Below are positions 26,101-38,100 of a stretch of 64,000 nucleotides of DNA, in pieces (the first letter of the stretch is position 1; every line of letters starts with the position of its first letter). Source of the stretch: Phoronis australis. Taxonomy: Eukaryota > Animalia > Phoronida. The notes beneath the pieces were generated by a model, which was not told the DNA's origin, ran no database searches, and was given only the letters and a program-made list of their open reading frames with translations. The DNA is taken from contig NMRA01000034.1 in assembly GCA_002633005.1 (NCBI GenBank), positions 1,166,012-1,230,011 on the forward strand. The letters are read 5' to 3'. The position numbers and the translations under genes were made by a program.

Positions 26101-29100
26101 TTTCGAAAAGTTAGATCATAATTTGTCGCATCTCGGTTGCCAAGCATCATAGTTAACGACTGCAGAATGGGCCAGCCAGGTTGTTTTTTCATGACTACGG
26201 GTTGAAACATTATATTTTTTCCAAAATGGACAGGGCCCTCAATCCCTCGATTTTGGGGCCTTATTCCCCTCTCAAAAATATTGAAAAATCACGCGAAATT
26301 CCCCCCACGAGGCATAAAAATTCCCCTCGTGAAAAGTTCACATCACCTGTAACCACACAGGTGATAATTTTTAAGAGCACAAAAGGTTACTTTAAACTGA
26401 GACAGAGCCTATGAGAGCTTGCAACAGGGCGGGGGTGCTATTGATGGTGATCGGGAGGTAGATTGTTCCCCTCACTCGACGAAAAAATCCCCTCTCGGAA
26501 GGCACTGGCACCTTTCCCCTCGGATGAACGAGGCTCCTGGAGAAACATTATAACTATGATTGCTTTGTCCAGTTAACTGAAATTGAGTTCTAAAACGAGG
26601 TTATACTTTGGACGAACGAATTAGGTGTTTTAATTTTAAAATTCTACTTGGTCCGGGTTGATATTTGAAACCTAACACATGAAATACACGTAAGAATTAT
26701 TAAAACCAAGAAAGCAGGATTGATGGTCAAATAATTTTTATTTTCAATTAGGATCCTGGTTTTTTATTTTAATAAAAAATATATTTAATAACATTAATTA
26801 TTCTTTCAGATCAATGACAAATCAACTGTTAGTCCCAGTGAGTGCCTACCTCATCAGGATCAGGCTATGGTTGATGTTAATATTCTTGATCAGCAAATTA
26901 AACCAGATGTGACTAATTGCACATGACAGCCACCACTGTCGAATATGTCTTCAACTCGTCTACAATACGAGCAGATGACCTGGTTCGTGTAGAAAGTATT
27001 TTGATCAACAATTTACAAAAAAAAAACGTAACCCTGCATTGAGCATAATACCCAACAATCCGTAACGATCGCCGCAATTTGGTCATACTTTTCATGTTTC
27101 GAACCTAGTTTTCCGAAAAAAATTAAACCCTTTCGTCAGACAACTCTTTGGTGCCTTAACTTGTTCGCTAATGGAATTTTCTACGTCTCTGTGGTTAATT
27201 GTCGACACAGTATTAAAATTTAATATCCAGGTTGGACTCGAAAGACCGGCTATTTAACTCACGCAATGTCAACTTCCGCTTTGTTTATCGCAGTGAGCCT
27301 CGCTTTGGATTTAAATGTCTGTCGCGTGAATTAGGTCTATACTCCCGGATATTCTCAGCCTTTCTAAGTTTCTATGGAAAAAATTGGAGAACTTAAAACA
27401 ACATTCGCCACTAAACTGCATTATAACGACCTCTAATGTAGATATGGGATTAGCCGGTGACTTCATACCCAAATGAAAGATCGAGCTTTTCGCGGAATTC
27501 AATAGAGAAAACAAAAACCCGACAAATGCAAATCAGATATCATTACCGCCGCTGTGTAAAGGAATCCAAAGACAATTGGACCACCGAAATTGGTAGTCTG
27601 GGAAGGATGTCACACGACAAAACCGGGGCTTTTTTAGTAGAGTCGTTTTTCATAAATTACCGCACTGGTCTAAGAAACTTCTCAAACCAGAGTTCAACTG
27701 GGCCGTCACGTTCCTTTGTCCCGGAGGTAAGAAAGCGCCTGACTCGTTTTGGAAAGTCAGGCAAATTTTCACAGGTCATGCTGGAAACCGTCGAGATGTA
27801 AAGACGTGATTTCAACTGTTCAAAAGTACCAGAATTGAAATGGTATTTCAAACAAGGGGATTGTGTTTGGTTCAAAATCATCCCGACGACGTTGCTTTAT
27901 CCACTTGCACTGTGATTGATGTCGAGAAGGTGGAGAACTTAACATCGCACGTCCACGATTATTTTTTACTAAAGTGTATCCAATTTTTTTCCCGTGGAGT
28001 TACAGCACACAGCACAATAGTAATACTTCGTTGGGATTGGGTGGGTGAACTGAATAAAGCAGCCGAGAAAACCTTGTAAAGAATAAGAGAACAACAAAGA
28101 ACAACGTGTAAGTCTAATGGCGCGAAAACCATCTGGACACAAAAGTGACGGATATTGTGGCACTGTAGGCAAATACAGGCGAGATTCAAGTGTCGCTGCG
28201 TAATCCGGGACGGCCCTATTGTTTAACTTCAGGAACAGCCCTTTAGACTGAATCAAACATGCCTAAATGTACGCCATGATTGCATTTTTTTAACACTATC
28301 GCAATGTTTTCAAAGAAATTACTATTCTATAGATTGACTTTGCAGCAGTCGAGTACAGACTACCTTAATTTAAAAGAGCAGCGCCAGTAGAGCAACACGC
28401 AAATTCATAACTTACTAAACATGATGAAAAATACACCGCCAACGACCGGATCGGGTATCGTTACAAAGACAGCTCCGAATTTACCAATGATCGCCAACAG
28501 TATCATAATGATGGCGCCCACTTGTATTACTCTACGACTACCAACCTATAAATGGAGATGCATGTATATTAATATCGGTGATCAATCAATTCAAAACAGG
28601 AATGTGAAACGGAGATCACGTGAGGCCCACATAAGCGCGTTACTTCGTACTTTTTCTAAAGAAAACATCAAGCTCAATAAAGGGTCTGTCCTCCTGAAGA
28701 AAATGGGTTTTGCGAGTTTCAGCAAATTTAGGTGCTTACTTTCTTATCGGGTAACAGGAAATATTGTTAGAAAATCCAAAAGAAAAAATTCTAGAATTCA
28801 CGAAATTGAAAGTTTGCGTCGACAAAACTTCATTGCCATTCACAATTTTACCTATAGCAAAGTCTTTGTTTTATTAGGTTGCCAGTTGCGAAGGCTGTTT
28901 GTTGTCTCTTCTCCGTGTTATTGTCGTAATCTGTATTCAGTGACGAATGGCTTCAATCGGTGCACGAGTCACACAACGTGCGTTCCAGTTCGTAGTGCCA
29001 AGTAAATCACATACCGATTAAACAAGAAAACTCTAAATTTTCACTTGCTATGCCCTCCATAGATAATTTATCTGAGCAAGTGGTGATTAGGTTGTGCTGG

Positions 29101-32100
29101 AATGCATATTATACGAGTGACTCGAAAACAACAATAATATCGACATGTTAGAGGTCTTGGCTGGGTTGCATAAAACTTCAAAATTATCCGCTTGATAAGT
29201 TTGATTGTTGGGTGACGTCAGGTGCATTGTTCCACGGTAACAACGTGGCGCGTGATAATGCGACGTCATTGTTGCTACATGTATGCAGCGTATAACTTTT
29301 ATGCAACTGAGCCCTTGTACACAAAAGTGAGAAAGCACTGTTATTGGGAAAAGTCAATCCGACGAAATTCAGCGACAATTTCTCGAGAAGAACATAACCT
29401 GTACATGAATAGACTCAAATCTCACCACAGTAAGACTGAAATCAAAATTTCCATTTCGGAATTCGAATCAGGCTCACCCACTGAAGACATCTGTCAATGG
29501 ATTCCGACAGGATGCAAATGCGACGACAAAACGTCATTGGGCTCCTAAGAATTAATGTATCCACATCGATGTTACAGACTGGAACCGACAACTTGAATTA
29601 CAAATATTTTGTGCCTGCAAATCGACACACTAAAAATGGTGACCAAGTTTAATCGATTATCAAATTTGACTCTTAGAATTTTGCACACATAGTATTCAGT
29701 CCAGGTATCGAATAAGCCAACTGAAAATGTAGTATTCCTTGAAACGTCGGGAAATTTTGTATGAGTTTTTTCGGAAGGAATGAAAACAAGAATGTCTTTA
29801 ACAGTAAAACCCAATCCACAGTGCAAGTCAAATTGTAGTGGAATACCGCACGAAGTGTCACTACCAAGTGCTTAAACTACAGCGGGTGCGGAATGACAAG
29901 GATCACGAGCGACCACACACCTTGGTTATACCAATCGCACCAATGTTCTCACTATAAGAAGTGGTACCGTTGCCGCTTCCCCAAGCTCCGGCCAAAACAC
30001 AGCCAATGCCCTCCACGCCAATACCTGTAAATACCTTCAAACTTAAGGAGACTTGCCAGTTTTCAAAACGTAACTTCATCTTCCTTTATTTGGTTTTTGA
30101 ACACTCAAAAATGATTTTATCGTATTCAAACAAATTAAGTTGTTCCTGCCAGTGTTATAGTGACATCGCAAACTGGGCAGAAACTATAAGTACAGTAAAT
30201 GGTCATTTTCTGTAGCGCGCATTATATTTGATCACTTCATAAACGGAATTAAAATATCCCGTAGTTTGCATACAGCATAACATTTAAAGCAAGTCTTTAA
30301 ATGTAAATTATTGGCAGGTCATATTGGGTTCTTTACCTCTATTGATTGCATGCAATGGCGGCGGTGTAGCTCCAGCCAGTCTAGCGCATGCGTAGTAGTC
30401 TCCAATGGATTCCATCATAGAGGCAAGCACGCCAGCTAGCATGCCAAAAGCTCCTGAGACCGATACGGTAGGCGTACCCCATTGTCCAGGATACGGAAAT
30501 CGAATCCATGCTGCATCATTCAGTACTGAAATTCGAGCGTCAGTGCGTGCTTTATGTCCCCACATCCCTATTCCTTTAGGAAGAACATTCGCTGCAGTGA
30601 AAACAGCGCAAATCCCCCATACCACCAGGACAGCGAGAATGACCTGAAATCAATGTTCTTGAGGTGATTCAATGCAGCAGCAATATCACCAACGTCACAT
30701 GATAAAGATACGCGCGTGCGTGTTTGACATACACACTGCATCTGTGTGTGCACGTATGTGTGCAGGCCCGCCGAAGGAAGGTAAACCGCATTGGCCCTTC
30801 CTTGTCATCGCTAATTTCCCACCTACCGCGTGCTATAGCTAGTTTTTTGGGGGCCACGCACCAATTATGCAGTACCTGAACCTTGGGCACCTGCACTTCA
30901 ACAAAATTTTAAGAGAAAGGATTAATTTTAGACATGAGCAAATTTGGCCGCGCATGCGTACACTTAGGGTATAACTAAATTATAACCTTTATCCTATACG
31001 CGTTGAATTAGTTGAATGCAATACTGTCGAGTGGTATTGTTTTCCGTATTGCACTCTTGGGACTACTTTTAACAGTTCCCATACTCAGAATTGGCAAGTA
31101 CAAAAAGTAGGTCAACGTCGGCGTCACGTCTCTTGCCAGCTCGATCATTGAACTTTCCCCGAAATAGTTTAAAGCAATAAAGTTACAGCAGTATAGCTAG
31201 CACTCAACGTGCAATCAAGTCACAGACTTAACATCTGGTAAAAACTGTTAGTTATACATGTATATAACACTTTTGTCTCAGTTGTAATGGCTAAGACATT
31301 ATATTGTGTCGGCTGCAACTAAGGCGACGATTTCTCGGCAACTCCAATTCAATCACTCTAGTTATTTAATGATTTTCAAAAAATGTTACAAAATCAATAC
31401 ACAATTACCGTTGATTTAATATTTGATGTCTCTTTTCAAGTAATAAATCGTAACATTCTGTGTTCTTTTAAAAGAGTAAGCCTGTAGCATAACGCTTAAG
31501 CTAATACACTATAAGTTGTGATCCCTCACGAGAACAGCATGAATGAAGTATTTGGAAGATCTGCCAAAAACAACAAAAGGAACTCAAAAATTTAAAGCGT
31601 ATGGGACAAACACAAAGTATTACGCAAAAATATGTCTTGTGAGATATTATTTCATCTACACCACTCCCGGTACGTGTATTAATGAAATTCAAAGCTTTCT
31701 TAGGGCGTCAAACAGTGTACTGTCAATATCAGTCTTTAGTGGATATAAAAGTAACTTAAGAAACTCCTACTGCGGGCTTCAAGAAATAATGACAGAAATA
31801 ACACCGTCTTGTAATTGATGAGACAGAAAGTGAGACCATTAAGGTCAAGATTCACTTTATTAGAGTCCAGTTCGGGGGACGTACAGTACACTCGACTGTC
31901 CACAACCGCTTTCAGGTGGTGATGTAGTAACATCATGTCTACAATCTCTTGGCCTATTTACACCAACCTCCATCCTATTTACATTGTTACCGCACCTTGG
32001 TCAACCATTTTCAGTCCATCTGCAGGTGTTACAACGTTCTTGGGAGAACGAGTACGCGTATGTAGTTCATTCATCACGTCACTTAGATCATATATTTTCT

Positions 32101-35100
32101 GGTAGACGGCAGAGTATGAACCCGGGACCTTTCGGTTGTCAGTCCAACACTTCCTCAATAGGCCACTACGTCATCCGTTAACTTAGAGCAATTTGATTTA
32201 CTTATATTTTCATTAATGTCTGAGGAGGGGTAATCAGGTGTCACTCGGCTGCTTGCTGTACTGACTGAATACGTTATCGTTTAGCTTTGTTTGCATAGCT
32301 TCCTTGATCTTTCTTTCAATCTGGTTTTTGTCACTGTCGAGTATCCCTTTGGAGGTTGCGTTGTTTTGATCACATGCATGTATGCTATACTGCTTTCGAT
32401 GAGCTATTGCCTTTTCTACCGTGACTGCATTTCCTGTGTTCAGTAGTCCTGGTTTCCAGTGGCCTAAGTGTTTCATCGATACAGGATTCACCACACTCAA
32501 GGTGAATTTGGCAGGCGACGTTTTTCTATTTGTTTGAATCGTTGGATGCAGGCTAGCTCAGGGTTGGTGTTTGATCTGGACAAAGCTCCATTGGCCAATG
32601 GCTTGAAATATTCAGTGATTCTTTCGAAGAAACGCCAGACAGAATAGCAGTGCCGGAAAAGTGATAGTGTCTTTGAATGATGACGGCAATAGCAGGTTGG
32701 AAGAAGGCATTATGCCTCGATGCGAATGGCTGATGCGACTGATATGTAGCTTGCTGTCGGGAAGAGTCAAGTCAGGAACCTAGATATTAGAATCTATGAC
32801 TGTGTACTTTAACGTCGTAAGTACCTGATGATTGCTTTTTGTTACATGGCTATGTTGGTCGAATTAACAGTGCATACACGTGTCTTGCATAGATGTAAAT
32901 TTGCATTTGATGGAGAAACATATTTACTAACCGGAAACAGCTTGAAAATCGGATATCGTCGATTCCGCCCACAAGGTATCTCGGTATTTCTTAAGTACTG
33001 CGAGAAAACTACGATAACAGCGATTGACCTACAAATATATCAAGGTTCATACTAACATGTACACAAATAGATTAGAAAAAATGTATTGCGCATGTGGATG
33101 CCAAGAATCGCCCACAGAAACAAAAACGATGAATTAAACAAAGCAATTTTTCTGAAATGCATTAACAAAGTAAGTTCCAGACACTTAACATTACCACCTC
33201 ACTACAACAATCTACATTTAGATCACTGATTTACATTTCCAGTCACAAATATGCCACTGACTTACGTCAAAGCGATATACCATTGTCCCGCACAAAAATC
33301 TGTCGCTGGCTTGAACAGCGACAGACCGACTAGCGTAATAGTTGGTGTGATAGCGAGAGGTCCGATGAATCGCATCAACATTCCTATGATACCACTGAAT
33401 CCGATAACAACTTGGAACATGGAAGCAACCATGATGGCTCCTTGAATCTAATTTAACACAGAAAACCTCAGAATTAGTATAACGAGAAAACACGAAAGAA
33501 TCTAGAAATGTGTCTAAATTTTATTATCTCTACGACGACTCATCTCAGAAACGATAATCAGACTGATACATAAAAGCAGTGTTCGAAATTATTTTTTAAA
33601 AATAATAATTTAATGACCAGCGCTCCATTTGGCGACCTGCACTGGGTCTTCAATGNGACGACCTCAGATTGTGTTTGGAGACCTGGGAAAAAATCACAAG
33701 TCGCCACGAAGTCGCCACTGCGGGATTATCAAAGCGTGACAATAGTACCCCAAAAATTCGCTTCAAAATTTGCGTTGACTTACAAACTTTAAGTTATTAA
33801 AAGTTTTCCTAGATTTATTACCTTTGGTTCACAATTGTGAAATAAATGCGTTTGCTACCTTCTGCAGTAAGCACATTAAACGCGCTTAAATTACAACAGG
33901 AAGAAAACATGATTGTTCGGCAAAATCCCAATAGGTGAAACGCGCCTCAAGTGTTTTATGCAAACGTCTGCGTTCAACACTGTATGTTCGCCAGTAGAAG
34001 GAATGAATTTACGTATTTTTAAGGGCAGAAATTGAGGGGGTACGAGAAAGATTTTGATAAGGGAGTACGGCACGACCTTTAGTCGACAATTTCGACGTCG
34101 GTTTTGGTGACCTCAAATTTCCTGAGACATAACAGCGAGCCGTGCGCGTTGACCTAAATACTGTAGACAATAATTTTCTTGTCGAGAGAGACATATTTGG
34201 ATAAGTGGGAAATGGCCAAAGTTGAAGAAAAATTGTAAATTAAGATAAAAAAGCAACAACACTGAACCTAGTCTTTGTTAGGCGCCGACATGCTCAGACA
34301 TTTTGTTAGGAGGGACCCCCAGGTTACACAGCGCAGAATGTATCGTTCTAGACACTCACAATAACTCTAAAAAGTTCAAAAAATTTGATATCCCCAGGCT
34401 TCTTAACTCAAATCCTTTCAGAGTTTGAAGCTTGATAAAATTCAAGAACCCCTCTTTTGTAAGCGACAGTGAAGTTACTCATTATGGGAATCGCACGAGT
34501 TTTCACATTCGACGATAGGGCAATGCTCAGAAGCAGCTCGGTCATTTCTTGACCAATCTCGCAGCGCAATTCTCTCCGTAGTCCTGTCTGTGCCCTTCGA
34601 AAAATTTTCATTATTTCTGTTCTGTATTATTTATATCACATTCACGTTGTATCAGCCTTTCTCCACAAGGCCGCCTTGACCTAATTCACCTATTGACATT
34701 CAAACTCCGCCTACAGTTAATCACGTGATTCTGAGCATTCGGGAAGACTGAATTAGGTCGGTAAATCTGAACGATTATTCCTAAATTTCTGCATTGCACA
34801 ATACTCAAATTAATCATATGCTGAAATTATAAATACTTTACTCATTTTTGTGAAAATTACTAGCCGTCACAGTCAAGAAACTCCTATGATGCCGAATGTG
34901 CACTTCTCGATCATCGCCGTGCGTTATATTGCCAATTTCTCGCGTAGTTGCGATTTTGGAGTTTATCAATTTTTGAACATGGATTACTCGGTGATGCTTG
35001 AACGGATTGCTATGAATTTTCGAGTAATTGCTATTTGATACTTTCCGAAGGGAATAATATCTCAGAATCTCGATTAAAGTCCTAATTTGTCGGAACGAAC

Positions 35101-38100
35101 CCTTCAAATATCAAGAGTACGACCGTTTTTTGCTCAATTAAGTGCTCTTAAGTTTATAATTTAAAAACTAAGACCTTTTTCTGAGACACGTTTCCCTCGA
35201 AATGCCAACATGTTGACAAAGGAACAATATTTTTAAAATCTTTATTCAAATTCAAAAAAAATTATACTAAAAAACGCATAACTCGTGAAAAAAGACAAAT
35301 ACATAAGAATTAATTTTTTTTAGGAAATTTATTCACCTTTCCGAAAATATATACTTTGGACAGCTTACAGCTAACAGAATTAAAGACACTTGCACAATAT
35401 TACAACCTGGTAAACAAGGTACACAATTACCTTAACAACCAATTCTAAGCTGGTCTGCAAGTCTAAACTGGGTGTTTTTCACTGGCCAGTGCTAAAGTAA
35501 CTCACCTCTCTCAGCCTGGCCTGCCAAACCTCCCTGTGTTCAATCGATCCAGTTACCACACTTGTATTGTCAGGAGTAATTGAAAGCCCTGAAGCGCATG
35601 GGGATCCCGCGGTCACATCTATCGGAGAATTTCATCGAAATTTATTGAATTACAGCAATCGATACAGAGACGCGTCATCCTGTGAACATGGTTAAGAATG
35701 AGTACTAGAACTTAACGCTTTATTTACACTAGTAAGGCATAATTGTTACAAGCACTGTAGCGGCGACAATAACGGCAAGAGAAGTAATTTCGAACTGATG
35801 CCAAACGAAATCTCACCCAACGCGTCCACACATACCGTACCGAAAGAACTGCAGTTTGCCGAGTCAAACCTGGGACACTTCTCCATGGCGGATAAAATGG
35901 CGAAAGAAGGCGCCAAAAATGCGGCCGATCCTCCTTGAATTATTGGTAGTCTGGAAATAGAGCAAGCCAGAAACTAATAAAACTTCTCGTTCAAGACAAT
36001 TACATGATGTACATGTATCTTGTGAAAATAGAAAAATGTTTGTCGCTACGTCGAATAGTTGTGATTGATTGAAGTTGAATAGGTTGAACATACTTTACAT
36101 GTACTTGAACTATACTGCACTGGACATTGAGAAGGTAACATGAACAGTCAGCTTTCTTATTAATGACCGCCGCGTATACTGTAGGTTCAAGGTTTTCTCG
36201 CTACACAATAATTTTCAAAATAAAAAGATACTAACGGTTCCGCATAACTCTGCCAAACTTAGACAGACATCTTTCAGGAATTATTTGATAGTTTAGTCGA
36301 GCTTTTGTCGTATTAAAATGACAGTTTTGTTGAATTATTAGTTGTTCATTTATGTACTGGACTTGGGCGCAGTAAGTGGTTCGGATTTCGACACCTTGGA
36401 CGGAGCAACACCTGCCGAGTTTGCTGAAAGGAATTCTAGTCGAAAATATACGGAGATTTAGTAGCGGTTTTGTGCGCCACGCTGAAACATTGTCGAATTT
36501 CGACGTTTTCCATTTCATTTTGAAAACTGAAGTGACACAGAACGTGAAAAAACAAAATTACATTATTCAAAGGGGTTCTCTGCCGCTGAAATAGAAGTCA
36601 AACTCTTAACCAGGCATTTTTACGATATGTTCGTTAAGATTTTGAATTTCTGTTAATGTCAAAGCATTATTCCTTTAATTTCAAATATAATAAAAAACAA
36701 TATGTCAACCGCTCGTCACTTCGTCAATTTTTCCCACTCTGCAAAGCATCTCTCCTTATTTGGTATGGCAAGACAGATGTAGCACACTTCCCTTACATGG
36801 AAAATGTGACCTTTGACCTTTGATATACACAAAACAATGACGATTTCAAGCAGCAGCCACTTCGAATTTTTGAGCGCGTGCCCGCGTATATCTTTGGGGA
36901 GGAGAATTTGAAAAGTGTATTGGGATGAAAGCGTTTTTATTGCCTATGGGTTTCAAAAAAGTGAACCTGGCGATTTTTTCCTAGAAATTCTTGAAATATT
37001 TAAAGTAAATAATTCTCACGTTTGACTTCTCAAGAAGTGGATTAGTCACGATCAGTTTAAAAAACATTTTTCACGAGTTTTCAGATCCATGCCTCTTTAA
37101 CGATTAGCGAAATGTGAACGCGATTAACCATGAGGGTTAGCCATGGTTTTTAACATTTTTGCTAAGCCAAGTGAAAGCAAGGTGAACCATGGTTGGAAAT
37201 CATTGACAACCATGGTCGACCTTTTACCACGCTTTTCAGCAATGGTCGACAACAAACCATGGTCATCTATTGTTCTTGGATAACCATGGCCAACTATGGC
37301 TGCAAACGATGGTCAACTATGGTTTCGAGTTTCAAACCGTTAGTATATCCTGCCGACATCAGTAAAAGTTTGCCAGCATTGTGATAGCAAGAAGGGTGCT
37401 AAAACGCTGTTTATGCCGTCCGTTTTCATGGGATCTATAGGTGGGGATGAGCGCCTGTCCACCAAAGACGTGATCGCCGTCTGGCGGGAGAGTGACTTCA
37501 ATATGGCGCGGCTGCCGTGTTCCGAAAGTCAGCTATTGCGTCGCACACGTTTGTCGATATCATGCGCTGGTGTAAGTGAATTGAATTTTACTGGGAGCAC
37601 CAAAACGGATCACCGTTTTGGGTTTGATTTCTAGGTACTTTGTAACTTTTTACGTAATTACTCCAACTACTGTGTCATAATAGGGGTGGGACGACAAACA
37701 ATTTTAGTAATCTTTTTTAGGAGAAATTGTATTACTTTCTGTTGGGTTCTTGTTTGTTGTTTTTTTTCTCAAACGAGCCTTGCCTCGGCGAAAGTGAAGA
37801 TTCCGAATAATCCATTTGATTAGTTTTGTACAAGTCGATTATTCCTTGCACTCTTAGTATATAATTCACCCAACTGTCCTGTCAAGGGGGTTCACTTGGG
37901 TAGAGCTCAATAGCTGTCGCGCGACGAAAAAATTCTAATCAAAATCATGTCCTTTCATTGAAAATATATGGCAATATCTCATGGAATATCGCGCGATCTT
38001 ACATTTCTAGCGAGTTACTAGTGTTATTGAACTCAAACCAGAAGCGTATACATGTACACTGTGAACTAAGATCCAATACTATATTAAAATTCTTTCTGTG

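Noticed and set aside
28421-29005. 194-aa plus-strand ORF
   Set aside because: Antisense shadow of SLC23 exon 9 running into intron sequence; no recognisable domain.
35831-35872. Alternative donors for SLC23 exon 3 (CCCAG|gtttga and ACG|gtatgt)
   Set aside because: They give phase 2 and phase 0, which do not fit the phase-1 acceptor of exon 4; G|gtacgg was chosen.
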